Positions 20,050 through 30,640 are shown, counted from the stretch's first letter. The stretch: 64,000 nucleotides of DNA from an uncultured delta proteobacterium (GCA_963743525.1 CAVUQH010000003.1:1-64000), one strand, 5' to 3'. The notes: a model not told the origin generated them from the letters alone. Numbers and translations: made by a program.

Positions 20050-20562
20050 ATGATCTATGGACGCATTCGTGCGGCGCTGCTGGCGGCCGCAGTCATTTCG
20101 CTTGCCGCGTGCGGCGGCGGCAACAAGCAGCCCGCGCAGCCCGCACCCGCACCCGCGCCCGCACCCGCGGCCGACAGCACGGCACCTGCCGACGGAACGG
20201 CACCCGCCGATGGAACGGCACCCGCTGCCGACGCCACCGCGCCCGCCGATTCCGAGAAGGTCACCGACGCCGACATGGAGAAGGCCGTGACCATGTTCGA
20301 GTCGATGGCCAAGGCGGCCAAGGATCACGCCGGTGACTGCGACGCCCAGGCTGCCGGCATGCAGGCCGTGCTCGACGAGAACAAGGAGTTCATCAACCGG
20401 ATGAACAAGATGGGCAAGGACCCCGAAGTCGGCAAGGCGTTCCAGGAGAAGTACGGCGAGCGCATGCAGGGCACGATGATGGGCATGATGAGCGACCTGC
20501 AGGCCTGTCAGGGCAACGCGAATGTCCAGAAGGTGTTCCAGCAGCTTCAGGACGAGAAGTAG
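20050..20562 (+). CDS. Lipoprotein with Pro/Ala linker and Met-rich helical domain (paralog 1)
   Basis: Lipobox LAAC; DADMEKAVTMFES...GDCD...MMGMMSDLQAC. Confidence 0.85.
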   Translation: MIYGRIRAALLAAAVISLAACGGGNKQPAQPAPAPAPAPAADSTAPADGTAPADGTAPAADATAPADSEKVTDADMEKAVTMFESMAKAAKDHAGDCDAQAAGMQAVLDENKEFINRMNKMGKDPEVGKAFQEKYGERMQGTMMGMMSDLQACQGNANVQKVFQQLQDEK

Positions 20563-20641
20563 TCATCTGTTTGCTTGCCGGGGCTAGTTGACCGGCGTTG
20601 ACCAACCAAGAGAACGAGCAACGACGACAAGGAGACATGAG

Positions 20642-21175
20642 ATGAAGATCAGCAAGCTCGCGATCGCAGCGCTGGCCGCCGGTACCCTGGCTTTCACCGG
20701 CTGCAGCAAGAAGGACGAGAAGAAGGACGAGGCGCAGCCGAAGGCCGCCGAGGGCACCCCGGCCGCTGGCGACACCGCCAACACCGCCGCCGCCCCGGAT
20801 CAGCCGAAGGCCGACGACACCGCCGCTGCGGGCGACACCGCCGCCGCCGGTGACACCGCCGCCGCTGGTGGCGACAAGATCAGCGAAGCCGACATGGAGA
20901 AGGCCGTGACCATGTTCGAGTCGCTCGCCGCGGCCGCCAAGGCTGGCGGTGGTGACTGCGACAAGGCCGCTGCCGGCATGCAGAAGGTCATGGACGACAA
21001 CAAGGACTTCATCGGCAAGATGAACGCGATGAAGGGCAAGGACCCCGAGGCCGAGAAGCTGTTCGCCGCCAAGTACCAGGAGCGGATCGGCAAGGTCATG
21101 ATGGGCATGATGGGCGACCTGCAGAAGTGCCAGAACAACGAGAACATCAAGAAGGTGTTCGAGTCGCTGAAGTAA
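20642..21175 (+). CDS. Lipoprotein with Ala-rich linker and Met-rich helical domain (paralog 2)
   Basis: AGGAG RBS and lipobox FTGC; EADMEKAVTMFES...GDCD...MMGMMGDLQKC. Confidence 0.88.
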   Translation: MKISKLAIAALAAGTLAFTGCSKKDEKKDEAQPKAAEGTPAAGDTANTAAAPDQPKADDTAAAGDTAAAGDTAAAGGDKISEADMEKAVTMFESLAAAAKAGGGDCDKAAAGMQKVMDDNKDFIGKMNAMKGKDPEAEKLFAAKYQERIGKVMMGMMGDLQKCQNNENIKKVFESLK

Positions 21176-21202
21176 CAGCGCACCGAGTCACTCGGTATCC
21201 AG

Positions 21203-21235
21203 CGGCGGGAGGCTTCGGCCCCCCGCCGTTTTTTT
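21203..21235 (+). terminator. Rho-independent terminator
   Basis: Hairpin CGGCGGGAGGC-TTCG-GCCCCCCGCCG followed by T7. Confidence 0.85.
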
Positions 21236-21452
21236 ATTTCGGCGCCGGTCGGAGCATGTAGGGACATGAGACCCCCCTGCCATACCCGATGACCGGTCTG
21301 GCTGACCCCGCTGGGGACAATCGACCATGGGGTCAGGTATTTCCACCGTGGGCGGAAGAATGCGCCGGCTGCGGACCTTTGCAGCGCGGAATCGCCCAGA
21401 TCTCAGGAGGTTGAGACTGTAGCGCGGCCTACCTACCTGTGCGTGGCAGTGG

Positions 21453-21469
21453 TCGGCACGCTGTTCGCA
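21453..21469 (+). promoter_or_regulatory. Candidate sigma54 promoter of the flp/tad operon
   Basis: TCGGCACGCTGTTCGCA fits GG-N10-GC and lies about 70 bp upstream of the pilin ATG. Confidence 0.55.
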
Positions 21470-21537
21470 AATCCGGCGAATACGGAAACGCGAGCCCCCA
21501 CCGGGCCCCCACACACAACGGGAGGAGAACCCACGCC

Positions 21538-21711
21538 ATGAAGAACACCCTGCAGCGTCTCGTGAAGGAAGAAGAAGCCGGTACCGCCGTCGAGTACGGC
21601 CTGATCACCGCGGTCATCGCGGTCGCCCTCATCGCCGCGCTCGTCGCATTCCGCGGCGAGATCATGGGCATGTTCAACCGCGCCGGCAACAACGTCCGCA
21701 CCGCGACCTGA
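21538..21711 (+). CDS. flp: Flp/Fap family pilin
   Basis: 57 aa; EEEAGTAVEYGLI Flp motif followed by a hydrophobic helix. Confidence 0.92.
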   Translation: MKNTLQRLVKEEEAGTAVEYGLITAVIAVALIAALVAFRGEIMGMFNRAGNNVRTAT

Positions 21712-21742
21712 TCGGCAACGCCCCGCGCCTCCGAGGACACCG

Positions 21743-22246
21743 ATGCCGATCGCCGCACTCAGCCTGTTCCCCTTCGTCCTTCTGGCCGCTGTCAGCGACA
21801 TCCGTCGCCGGCGCGTGTCCAACCGGCTGAATCTGGCGATCGTCATCGGTGGTCTCGGCTGGCGCGTCGCCACGTCGGGCGCGGCCGGGTTGCCGGTCGC
21901 GCTGGCCGGCGTCGGCGTCGGCCTGGCGATCCTGTTCGTCCCCTTCTCGATCCGTTGGGTCGGCGCCGGCGACGTCAAGCTGCTGGCCGCCTGCGGAGCC
22001 TGGCTGGGGCCGATGGACACGCTGCTGTGCGGGCTGTTCGGCCTGCTCGGCGGCGGGCTCCTGGCCCTGGCGATCGCCGCGACCGCCGGCGCCGCCGTGC
22101 GCAAGGACGTCGCCCGCACCCTCGGCCTCGCGGTCGTCACCCTCAGCGCACCGGCTGCCCCGCGCCGGCGCGCTGCTCACGTCGTTCCCCTGGCGGTGCC
22201 GATCGCGGCCGCCGCCTGCGCCATCCTCATCGCGCGAGGAGCCTGA
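21743..22246 (+). CDS. cpaA: Prepilin peptidase, family A24 (CpaA/TadV)
   Basis: SDIRRRRVSN and GAGDVKL; multi-TM. Confidence 0.9.
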   Translation: MPIAALSLFPFVLLAAVSDIRRRRVSNRLNLAIVIGGLGWRVATSGAAGLPVALAGVGVGLAILFVPFSIRWVGAGDVKLLAACGAWLGPMDTLLCGLFGLLGGGLLALAIAATAGAAVRKDVARTLGLAVVTLSAPAAPRRRAAHVVPLAVPIAAAACAILIARGA

Positions 22247-22650
22247 TGCCCCGCACTCGCAAAGAGTCCCGCCGGCAGACGGGCGCGGTCTCGGTCGAGG
22301 CCGCCCTGACCCTGCCGCTGCTCATCCTGGTCATCGTCGGCGGCGTGCACTTTGGCCGCGTGCTGATGACCCGACACAAGCTGTCGGAGGCGACCGGCTA
22401 CGCCACCCGCGCCGCGGCCATCGCCCGCAACCCCGATCGCAACCAGATTCGCAACCTCATCCAGACGCGCATGGGCACCGGCTCCGGCTGCTCCAGCATT
22501 CGCGTCACCACCCGCACCCTTCGCGACGCCATCGGCACCCGCCGGCTCGAGGTCACCTCGCAGTGCGACGTCCGCACGGGCATCGGCGGCAGCCTGCTCG
22601 GCGCCGTCGGCCCCAATCGCCTCGACGTCACCGTGGCGATGCCCTACTAG
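22246..22650 (+). CDS. tadE: TadE-like pseudopilin
   Basis: RQTGAVSVEAALTLPLL. Confidence 0.85.
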   Translation: MPRTRKESRRQTGAVSVEAALTLPLLILVIVGGVHFGRVLMTRHKLSEATGYATRAAAIARNPDRNQIRNLIQTRMGTGSGCSSIRVTTRTLRDAIGTRRLEVTSQCDVRTGIGGSLLGAVGPNRLDVTVAMPY

Positions 22651-22672
22651 CCCGCCCCTCAAGGAGAACCTC

Positions 22673-23617
22673 ATGAGCTCGTCCGCCAAGAGCAGTGCTG
22701 CCCGCTTCGGCGCCCTCGGCTTCATGGCCGTGGCCCTCGGCTGCGCCGCGTTTGCCGCCTATCTGGTCGGCCACACCATGTCGAGCAAGTACACCGGCAC
22801 CCGCGTGGTTCCGGTGGTCGTCGCCAGCCACGCGCTGCACGCCGGCACGACGCTGGGCAAGGACGACCTCGAGGTCCGCGAGTGGCCCGAGGACGCCGCG
22901 CCCAAGCAGAGCTTCGCCAGCGTCGAAGCGCTGCTCGACAAGCACGGCGGCGCCACCGTCACCGTCGGCATCCTCGCCGGCGAGCCGGTGGTCGGCTCGC
23001 GGCTGTCGAGCTCGGCGACCGGTACCGGCATCGCCGCGCTGGTGCGGCCCAACATGCGCGCCTTCGCTCTCAAGGTCAACGACTCGGTCGGCTTCACCGG
23101 CCTGGTCTACCCGGGCGCGTACGTCAACGTCGTCGCCACCGTGCGCGACCCGTTCGGCCGCGGGCCGTCGAGCCGCATCGCGGTGCAGAACGCGCGGGTC
23201 CTGTCGCTGGGCATGGACTCCGACGTCGCCACGCGCAAGGTGCGCGAGACGGAAGAGGACAAGCTCAGCGGCAAGCCGCAGAACGGCGGCACCTTCGTCA
23301 CTCTCGAGGTGACGCCGGAAGAGTCGGAGATCCTCGCGGTGGCCAAGGCCGAGGGCCGCATCGACCTGGTGCTGCGCAACGCTACCGACGACGCCGACGT
23401 CGATACCACCGGGGCCACCCCCGACAGCTTCAGCGCGTTCGCCACCAGCGCCACCGGCGTGCCGGCGACCGCCGCGGCCGCGCAGGCACCGCCCGCCCGC
23501 GGGCACCGGCAGATTCACCGCAAGAAGCGCTCCATCCAGATCATCGCCGCCGACGACAGCGACACCCCCACCAGCAAGAGCCGCCCCGCCCACATCGAGA
23601 CCTACAATGCCAACTGA
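22673..23617 (+). CDS. cpaB: Flp pilus assembly protein CpaB/RcpC
   Basis: N-terminal TM, SAF-like region, MRAFAL, GLVYPGAYVNV, VTLEVTPE and LVLRN. Confidence 0.92.
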   Translation: MSSSAKSSAARFGALGFMAVALGCAAFAAYLVGHTMSSKYTGTRVVPVVVASHALHAGTTLGKDDLEVREWPEDAAPKQSFASVEALLDKHGGATVTVGILAGEPVVGSRLSSSATGTGIAALVRPNMRAFALKVNDSVGFTGLVYPGAYVNVVATVRDPFGRGPSSRIAVQNARVLSLGMDSDVATRKVRETEEDKLSGKPQNGGTFVTLEVTPEESEILAVAKAEGRIDLVLRNATDDADVDTTGATPDSFSAFATSATGVPATAAAAQAPPARGHRQIHRKKRSIQIIAADDSDTPTSKSRPAHIETYNAN

Positions 23618-25112
23618 GACCACCCGCCTCGGCCTCGTGGCCGCCCTGTTTGCCACCGTCACGCTGATCGCCGGCGCGCACCCCGCCGCCGCCCAGAGCG
23701 AGGCGGACACCACCCTGCGCCTGCCGGTGTCGGCGACCAAGTTCGTCGAGCTCGGCGCCGAGATCACGCGGGTGTCGACTGGCTCGAGCGACATCGCCGA
23801 CGTCAAGGCGTTCCCGCCCGACCAGCTGCTGGTCACCGGCCGCCGCCCGGGCGTCACCAACGCCACGGTGTGGACGCGCAAGGGCGTGCAGGTGCTGGCG
23901 ATCGCGGTGGTCTACCCGGAAGAGGCCATCCGCTCCGCGCTCAAGCAGGCGCTGCCCCACGCCAAGAAGCTCAACGCCACCACCGCCGGCGCGTCGCTGA
24001 TCCTGTCGGGCGAGGTGTCGAGCGTGGACGACATCGCGCGCGCCGAGGCGCTGGCCCGGTCGCTGATCGCCGGCTCGGTCGGCACCACCGAGGTGCCGAT
24101 CGTCAACACCATGCGCGTGGTCGGCAACCAGCAGGTGCAGCTCGAGGTGACCTTTGCCGAGGTGTCGCGCTCGGCGCTCAAGCAGATCGGCTTCAACTTC
24201 TGGAGCAAGCACGCCAGCACCGGCGGCAAGGGCTACGCCGGCGGCGTTACCTCGCCGACGACCAACCTGGGCAACCTGGCGCCGGAGACCACCTCGCCGG
24301 ATATCGGCAACCTCAACCACGGCGACGTCGGCTTCGACACCACCACCGGCAAGCAGCTGACCAACGTCGTGCCGCTGGTGGCCAACCCGGTGCAGGGCGC
24401 CTTCGGCTTCATCTTCTCCAGCACGCTGGGCGGCTTCCCGTTCTCGGCGGCGCTGTCGCTGCTCAGCAGCCACGGCTACTCGCGCACCCTGGCCGAGCCG
24501 ACGCTGGTGGCGCTGTCGGGCAAGACCGCCAACTTCCTTGCCGGCGGCGAGTTCCCGGTGCCGATCCCGCAGGGCCTGGGACAGACCTCGATCGAGTACC
24601 GCAAGTTCGGCGTGCAGCTGGGCTTCACCCCGACCATCGTCGGCGACGACATCCAGCTCGACCTGGCGATGACGGTGTCGGACGTCAATCCGTCGCTCGG
24701 CGTCACCATCGAGCAGGCGTCGGTGCCGGGTCTGACCTCGCGCCACAGCGACACCACCATCCGCCTCAAGGACGGGCAGTCGTTCGTCATCGCCGGCCTG
24801 CTGTCGGACAAGGTCCGGTCGACGGTGGACAAAGTGCCGTGGCTGGGCGACCTGCCGATCCTCGGCGTGCTGTTCCGCAGCTCGGCCTACCGCCGCGACG
24901 AGACCGAGCTGCTGGTCGTGGTCACCGCCCACCGCGTGGCGCCGCTCGACGAGAAGCCGGAGCTGCCGGGCGAGCACGCCACCAGCGATCCCAGCGACCT
25001 CGAGCTGTTCCTCCTCGGCAAGGCCGAGAGCATCGACACCGGTGAGGACACGCCCCGCCGCCACCACGCCAAGGCCCACCGCCCGATGGGCGCCGTCGGA
25101 TTCGACCGCTAA
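23607..25112 (+). CDS. cpaC: Tad secretin CpaC/RcpA
   Basis: QVQLEVTFAEVSR, LAEPTLVALSG, FLAGGEFPVP and VPWLGDLPILGVLFRS. Confidence 0.95.
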   Translation: MPTETTRLGLVAALFATVTLIAGAHPAAAQSEADTTLRLPVSATKFVELGAEITRVSTGSSDIADVKAFPPDQLLVTGRRPGVTNATVWTRKGVQVLAIAVVYPEEAIRSALKQALPHAKKLNATTAGASLILSGEVSSVDDIARAEALARSLIAGSVGTTEVPIVNTMRVVGNQQVQLEVTFAEVSRSALKQIGFNFWSKHASTGGKGYAGGVTSPTTNLGNLAPETTSPDIGNLNHGDVGFDTTTGKQLTNVVPLVANPVQGAFGFIFSSTLGGFPFSAALSLLSSHGYSRTLAEPTLVALSGKTANFLAGGEFPVPIPQGLGQTSIEYRKFGVQLGFTPTIVGDDIQLDLAMTVSDVNPSLGVTIEQASVPGLTSRHSDTTIRLKDGQSFVIAGLLSDKVRSTVDKVPWLGDLPILGVLFRSSAYRRDETELLVVVTAHRVAPLDEKPELPGEHATSDPSDLELFLLGKAESIDTGEDTPRRHHAKAHRPMGAVGFDR

Positions 25113-25122
25113 GGAGCCAGCC

Positions 25123-26350
25123 ATGCTGCGAGAGGACACGGTCATCACCGCCAACCCGCACCTTCGCGCCGACGACGACTTCGACGACGAGAGCACGCGC
25201 GCAGGTCACCGGCCCAAGTTCATCCAGTCGCGCACCGACGCCGCCATCGCCGCCATCGGCAGCGGAGCGCCGCCGGCGCCGCGCGGCTGGGAAGCGAAGC
25301 AGCCGCGGCTGCGCGTGATCGGCGAGCCGCCGCAGACGATGACCGAGATCCCCACGGCCGCCGCCCGCCGCCGCCCGGCCGCGCCGCCCGCACCGCCGGC
25401 CCGCGCCCGTCGCGGCAGCGCCCCGCCGCCGGCACCCGCGGGCAAGAAGTCGATCATGCCGATCCCCGAGCCGTGCTTCGAGCCCAGCGTCGTGGCGCAG
25501 ATGCCGCTGCCGCCGGCGGCGCCGCCGGCGACCGTGCAGGAGCCGGGCGCGCAGGCCGATACCGCGACCCAGGGCAAGGTGATCGTCATGTTCGGCTGCC
25601 GCGGTGGCGCCGGATCGACGACGCTGGCGGTCAACAGCGCGGCGACCCTGGCCCGCGCCGGCAAGCGCGTCTGCGTGGTCGACCTCGACCTGCAGCTGGG
25701 CGACGTCTTCGTCGCCCTGGATCTGGCGCCCGACACGTCGATCGCAGCGCTGGCGCGCGAGGCCTCGACCATCGACGCCGCCGCCCTGGTCCGCCGCCTG
25801 GCCCGCCACGACTCGGGCATCTACGCCATCAGCCAGACCGGTCATCTCGACGACGTCAACCCGCAGCTGGCCGAGCGGATGCCGGCGCTGATGTCAACGC
25901 TGTGCGACCACTTCGACTACGTCATCGTCAACGGCGTTCGCGACTTCGACGACTGCGCCCTGGCCGCCCTCGACATGGCCGACACCATCGCGCTGGTCAT
26001 GTCGCAGGACGTCGCCTCGGTGCGCCGCGCCCGCCGCGCGGTGCAGATCTTCCGCCAGCTGGGCTACGGCGACGGCAAGCTGCGGCTGGTGCTCAACCGC
26101 GCCCGCCGCGGCGCCCGGGTCGAACGAGGCCGAGGTCGCCCGCGCCCTGGGCATGCAGGTCGGCGCGCGGGTGCGCAACGACTACAAGCGCGCGGTTCGC
26201 GCCATGGACGACGGCGCGCTGCTCGGCGACGTCGCCCGCGGCTCGGGCATCGCCTCGGATCTGGCCGCGCTGGCCGCCAACCTCGGCGGCACCCGCACGG
26301 CGCCCCAGCGTCGTGGCTTCTTGTCCCGCTTGCGCAAGGGAGGTCGATAG
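25123..26350 (+). CDS. cpaE: CpaE/TadZ ParA/MinD-like protein with Pro-rich N-terminus (frameshift near 26125)
   Basis: GCRGGAGSTTLAVN, VDLDLQLGD and LVLNR; C-terminus ...RRGFLSRLRKGGR in the shifted frame. Confidence 0.87.
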
Positions 26351-27696
26351 TGCGTCTCGCCCAGCGTCTCGGCCGTCAGGCCACTGCCCAGCCCGCGCGC
26401 GCCGATGCTCCGGCCGCCGGTTTCATCGCCGACTCGCGCCAGGACATGCAGTCGATCGCGCAGCGGCTGCACCAGAAGATCCTCGACCGCCTGGACCTGG
26501 CGGCGGTGTCGCAATTGTCCCACGACGAGCTGCGCTCGCGCCTGCGCGCGGTGGTCGAGCAGCTGGTCGCCGCCGAGGGCGTGACCCTGTCGCCGGCCGA
26601 GCAGGCCGCGCTGACCGAGAGCGTGCTCGACGAGCTGACCGGCCACGGTCCGCTCGAGGGCTTGCTCAACGACCCGACGGTCTCGGACGTGCTGGTCAAC
26701 GGCTTCGACCAGGTGTTCGTCGAGCGCGGCGGCAAGATCCAGCTGACCGACGTCCGCTTCCGCGACGACCGCCACCTGATCCACACCATCCAGCGGATGG
26801 TCGCGCGCATCGGCCGGCGCATCGACGAGTCGTCGCCGATGGTCGATGCCCGCCTGCCCGACGGCTCGCGCGTCAACGCGGTCATCCCGCCGCTGGCCGT
26901 CAACGGCCCGGCGCTGTCGATCCGCCGCTTCTCGGCCCACGCGCTGGCCGGCCAGGAGCTGGTCAACAAGGGCGCGATGTCGGTCAACATGCTCAACTAC
27001 CTGCACCTGGTCGTGCGCGCGCACTGCTCGGTGTTGATCTCGGGCGGCACCGGCGCCGGCAAGACCACGCTGCTCAACTGCCTGTCCGGCTTCATCTCCA
27101 AGCGCGAGCGCGTCATCACCATCGAGGACGCCGCCGAGCTGCGGCTGCAGCAACCGCACGTGGTTCGCCTCGAGGGCCGCCCGCCCAACCTCGAGGGCAA
27201 GGGCGAGGTGACCATCCGCGACCTGGTCAAGAACGCCCTGCGCATGCGCCCCGACCGCATCATCGTCGGCGAGGTCCGCGGCGGCGAGGTGCTCGACATG
27301 CTGCAGGCGATGAACACCGGCCACGACGGCTCGATGGCGACCATCCACGCCAACAGCCCCGAGGACGCGATGAGCCGGCTCATGACCATGCTCGGCATGA
27401 GCGGGTCGTCGCTGGCCGAGGAGACGATGGCGACGATGATCGGCCGCGCCGTCCACGTCGTCGTGCAGGTCGCGCGCATGCAGGACGGCAAGCGCCGGAT
27501 CACCGCCATCAGCGAGGTCGTCGGCATGAACGGCACGCACATCCAGCTCCACGACCTGTTCCGCTTCGAGCGCACCGGCACCACCTCGGACGGCGCCATC
27601 ATCGGCCGCCACGTGCAGCTGGCGTCGACCCAACTGACCGACAAGCTGCGCGCTGCCGGCGTCTACCGCGGCGCCACCAGCGGGGAGATCGGCTGA
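26350..27696 (+). CDS. cpaF: Tad ATPase CpaF/TadA
   Basis: [33 protein letters not shown] and AMNTGHDGS. Confidence 0.96.
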   Translation: MRLAQRLGRQATAQPARADAPAAGFIADSRQDMQSIAQRLHQKILDRLDLAAVSQLSHDELRSRLRAVVEQLVAAEGVTLSPAEQAALTESVLDELTGHGPLEGLLNDPTVSDVLVNGFDQVFVERGGKIQLTDVRFRDDRHLIHTIQRMVARIGRRIDESSPMVDARLPDGSRVNAVIPPLAVNGPALSIRRFSAHALAGQELVNKGAMSVNMLNYLHLVVRAHCSVLISGGTGAGKTTLLNCLSGFISKRERVITIEDAAELRLQQPHVVRLEGRPPNLEGKGEVTIRDLVKNALRMRPDRIIVGEVRGGEVLDMLQAMNTGHDGSMATIHANSPEDAMSRLMTMLGMSGSSLAEETMATMIGRAVHVVVQVARMQDGKRRITAISEVVGMNGTHIQLHDLFRFERTGTTSDGAIIGRHVQLASTQLTDKLRAAGVYRGATSGEIG

Positions 27697-28610
27697 TGCT
27701 GACCCAGGTCGTCTTCATCGGTGTCTTCGCCATCTTCGCCGCCGTCGGTCTGCTGATCGCGGCGCGGCGCATCCGCGTCACCGATGCCCTGCGCCGCCGC
27801 CTGGGCGAGCTGCGCGCCGACAGCGATCCGCTGGTCCGCGCCGCCTCCGGCCAGGACGGCTCGGGGATGGATCAGACGATCGCCCAGGTCCTCGACGAGA
27901 GCGGCCTCGGCTGGACCGTCGGCATGTTCGCCACCCGCGTGGCGCTGGCGTCGCTGCTCGGCCTGCTGCTGGGCGCCGTCGTCGGCTCCGGCTTCCTCGC
28001 CGTGGTCCTGTCGCTGGCCGGCGTGGTCGCGATGTGGATCGTCGTCCGCGCCGCGCGCCGCCGCCGGCTGGCGCTGTGCGACGAGCAGATGCCGCAGGCG
28101 CTGGAGATCATGGCGCTGGCGCTGCGCGCCGGGCACGCGCTGCCCAAGGCGCTGGCCCTGGCCGCCGACGAGGCACCGGCGCCGATCGCCCACGAGCTGC
28201 GCCGCGCCTCCGACGAGCACGCGCTCGGCCGCCCGGTCGGCGAGGTGCTCGAGGCGCTGGGCCGACGGCTGCCCGGTTGCGAGGCGGTCAACACCTTCGT
28301 CGTCGCCGTGCTGGTGCTGCAAGAGACCGGCGGCAACCTGATCTCGGTCATCGATCGAATCGTCAACAACGCGCGCGCGCGGGTCAGCTACCAGGCTCGT
28401 CTGCGCGCGCTGACCAGCGAGGGCCGGCAGTCGGCCAAGCTCTTGGCGCTGCTGCCCGGCGCCTTCGGCGTGCTCGCGATGGCCAGCGACAAGAGCTACG
28501 TCAACATCCTGATCCACAACGACGGCGGCCGGCTGATCGGCCTGCTCGCCGTCGGGCTGTGGGTGATGGGCATCCTCTGGACCCGGCGCCTGGTGCGCCC
28601 GCTTTCGTAG
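27696..28610 (+). CDS. tadB: Tad inner-membrane platform protein TadB
   Basis: QMPQALE..ALRAGH, QETGGNL and RALTSEGR. Confidence 0.92.
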   Translation: MLTQVVFIGVFAIFAAVGLLIAARRIRVTDALRRRLGELRADSDPLVRAASGQDGSGMDQTIAQVLDESGLGWTVGMFATRVALASLLGLLLGAVVGSGFLAVVLSLAGVVAMWIVVRAARRRRLALCDEQMPQALEIMALALRAGHALPKALALAADEAPAPIAHELRRASDEHALGRPVGEVLEALGRRLPGCEAVNTFVVAVLVLQETGGNLISVIDRIVNNARARVSYQARLRALTSEGRQSAKLLALLPGAFGVLAMASDKSYVNILIHNDGGRLIGLLAVGLWVMGILWTRRLVRPLS

Positions 28611-28622
28611 GACGGAGAGACC

Positions 28623-29489
28623 ATGGACGCGCAAGCCCTCAACTTCGTCGCCGCCGGCGCCTCGGCCTCGGCCAGTGCCATGGCGTTCGTCGCCTACCGC
28701 CGCGCCTCGGCCACCGCCAGCACCGGCGAGCACGCACGGGTCGGCATCCTCCGCCGCCTGGTCTCGCCGCTGGCCACCCAGCTGCGCCCGACCAACCAGA
28801 CCGAGCTCGAGGTGCTGACCACCCAGCTCCTGGCCGCCGGCCGGCGCAGCGAGGACGCCGTCGATCGCTACTGCGAGGAGCGCGTCCTGGCGATGCTCGG
28901 CGGCATGGCGCTGGCGCTGGTCGGCTCGATCGCCATCGGCGGGGTGATGGGGTTTCTCGTTGCCATGGTCGCCGTGCTGGTGGGGATCAGTGGCCCCGGA
29001 AAGCGGGTCGCGCTGCAGGCCGCCGACCGCCGCGACCGAATCGCCCAGACCCTGCCGCCGGCCGTGGACCTCCTGACCACCTGCATCGAGGCCGGCCTGT
29101 CGCTCGAACAGGCGCTCACCCGGGTCGCCCGCGAGCTCGAATTGTCGGCGCCGACCCTGGCCGAAGAGCTGATGACGACCGCCAAGGAGCTCGACGCCGG
29201 CGTCGCGCTTCCCGATGCATTGCGCAGACTTGCGCGCCGCGTGGGGCTGGACGACCTGTCGGCGCTGTGCGGCGTGATCGCCCAGGCCCACGGCCTCGGC
29301 GCGCCCATCGGCAACACCCTCCGCGAGTACGCCCAGGCCTCGCGCAAGCAGCGGATGAGCCTGCTCGAAGAGCGCGCCGGCAAGCTGGCGGCGCAGCTCA
29401 CCCTGCCGCTGGCGACCTGCCTTCTGCCCGCGGCGATGGCGATCATCCTCGGGCCGGCGATCGTCGAGCTGGTTCACGCCTTGCAATGA
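28623..29489 (+). CDS. tadC: Tad inner-membrane platform protein TadC
   Basis: LPPAVDLL..CIEAGLS, EERAGKL and PLATCLLPA. Confidence 0.92.
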   Translation: MDAQALNFVAAGASASASAMAFVAYRRASATASTGEHARVGILRRLVSPLATQLRPTNQTELEVLTTQLLAAGRRSEDAVDRYCEERVLAMLGGMALALVGSIAIGGVMGFLVAMVAVLVGISGPGKRVALQAADRRDRIAQTLPPAVDLLTTCIEAGLSLEQALTRVARELELSAPTLAEELMTTAKELDAGVALPDALRRLARRVGLDDLSALCGVIAQAHGLGAPIGNTLREYAQASRKQRMSLLEERAGKLAAQLTLPLATCLLPAAMAIILGPAIVELVHALQ

Positions 29490-30262
29490 CCCCATCTATG
29501 GCTCGTCGAATGGTGACTCGGAACCCCATTTTCCTCGCCGCTGCCCTTGCCGGGCTCCTGGCCGCCGGTTGCGGCGCCGCTCAGCGGCAGCACACCGCGA
29601 TCGAGAAGGCCGGCGACGACCTCAGCTTCGACCTGGCCAAGCTGTACGTCAACAAGGGCGTGCACCAGGCGGCGGTGCCGCTGCTGCAGAAGCTGATCAG
29701 CGACAACCCGAAGGACGCCCGCGCGCGGGTGCTCTACGGCACCGTCCTCCGCGACCAGGGCCTCTACCCGCAGGCCGAGCAGCAGCTCCGCTACGCGCTG
29801 ATGCTGTCGCCGAACGACGCCGAGGCCCACGCCGCGCTCGGCATCCTCTACGACCTCGAGCACCGGCCGCGCCTGGCGCTGGCCCAGCACGAAGCGGCGG
29901 TGAAGCTGCAGCCGCGCGTCGCCCGCTTCCGCAACAACCTCGGCTTCTCGCTCTACCTGTCCGGCGACACCCGCGGGGCGATCGCGCAGCTCGAGCAGGC
30001 GCTCGCCCTCGACCCCGGCCTGACCGTCGCCTACGGCAACCTCGGCTTCGCCTACGGCAAGCTGCGCCAGTTCGATCGCGCCGAGCGCACCTTCCGCGCC
30101 GCGCTGCCCGAGCCCGGCGTGCTGATGAACATGGCGCTGGTCTACGAGCGCCACGGCGAGCTCGAGCACGCCGACCAGCTGCGCGCCAAGGCCTACGCCA
30201 TCGACCCCGACCTCCGCGGCGACGAAGTCGCCGGCCTCGCCCCCGGCCCCAGCCCCCAGTGA
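29486..30262 (+). CDS. tadD: TadD-like TPR lipoprotein
   Basis: Lipobox AAGC; TPR helices (AHAALGILYD, RNNLGFSL, YGNLGFAY). Confidence 0.82.
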   Translation: MTPSMARRMVTRNPIFLAAALAGLLAAGCGAAQRQHTAIEKAGDDLSFDLAKLYVNKGVHQAAVPLLQKLISDNPKDARARVLYGTVLRDQGLYPQAEQQLRYALMLSPNDAEAHAALGILYDLEHRPRLALAQHEAAVKLQPRVARFRNNLGFSLYLSGDTRGAIAQLEQALALDPGLTVAYGNLGFAYGKLRQFDRAERTFRAALPEPGVLMNMALVYERHGELEHADQLRAKAYAIDPDLRGDEVAGLAPGPSPQ

Positions 30263-30273
30263 GAGGACCCTCC

Positions 30274-30636
30274 ATGACCGCCATGCAGAAGAACATCGCC
30301 GGCGCTGTGACCGCGCTGGCCCTGGCCATCGCCGGCAACCTGATGGGCTGCCGCACCGCCCATTTGGGTCCGGACACCGGCCGCGCCTACCGCGCCGCGT
30401 TCGCCGCCCAGACCGAGTCGGGCGAGAAGAACCAGGGACCGACGCTGTCGGCCGACGACGCCGACCACGTGCTCGACGTCCACGCCCACGGCGCCAAGGG
30501 CGCCAAGGGAGCGCAGAGCAGCACGGCCAGCGCGGGTGGTCTGCCCACGCCGAGCCTCGGTGGCGGCGGCAGCGACAGCGCGAGCGGCGGTGCCTGGCAG
30601 GGCGCCAGCGGCAACATCAGCCTGGACGCGAAGTAG
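30274..30636 (+). CDS. Small Tad-associated lipoprotein
   Basis: GAGG RBS, LMGC lipobox, HLGPDTGRAYRAAFAAQ and a Gly-rich tail. Confidence 0.7.
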   Translation: MTAMQKNIAGAVTALALAIAGNLMGCRTAHLGPDTGRAYRAAFAAQTESGEKNQGPTLSADDADHVLDVHAHGAKGAKGAQSSTASAGGLPTPSLGGGGSDSASGGAWQGASGNISLDAK

Positions 30637-30640
30637 AAAG

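Noticed and set aside
21466..21500. c-di-GMP-I riboswitch-like sequence (GCAAATCCGGCGAATACGGAAACGC) upstream of flp
   Set aside because: Only a loose resemblance to one stem; the second stem and closing helix are missing. An Rfam/Infernal search would be decisive.
25042..27696. 884-aa CpaE-CpaF fusion ORF
   Set aside because: Frameshift near 26125; CpaE ends at 26350 in another frame, overlapping the CpaF GTG.
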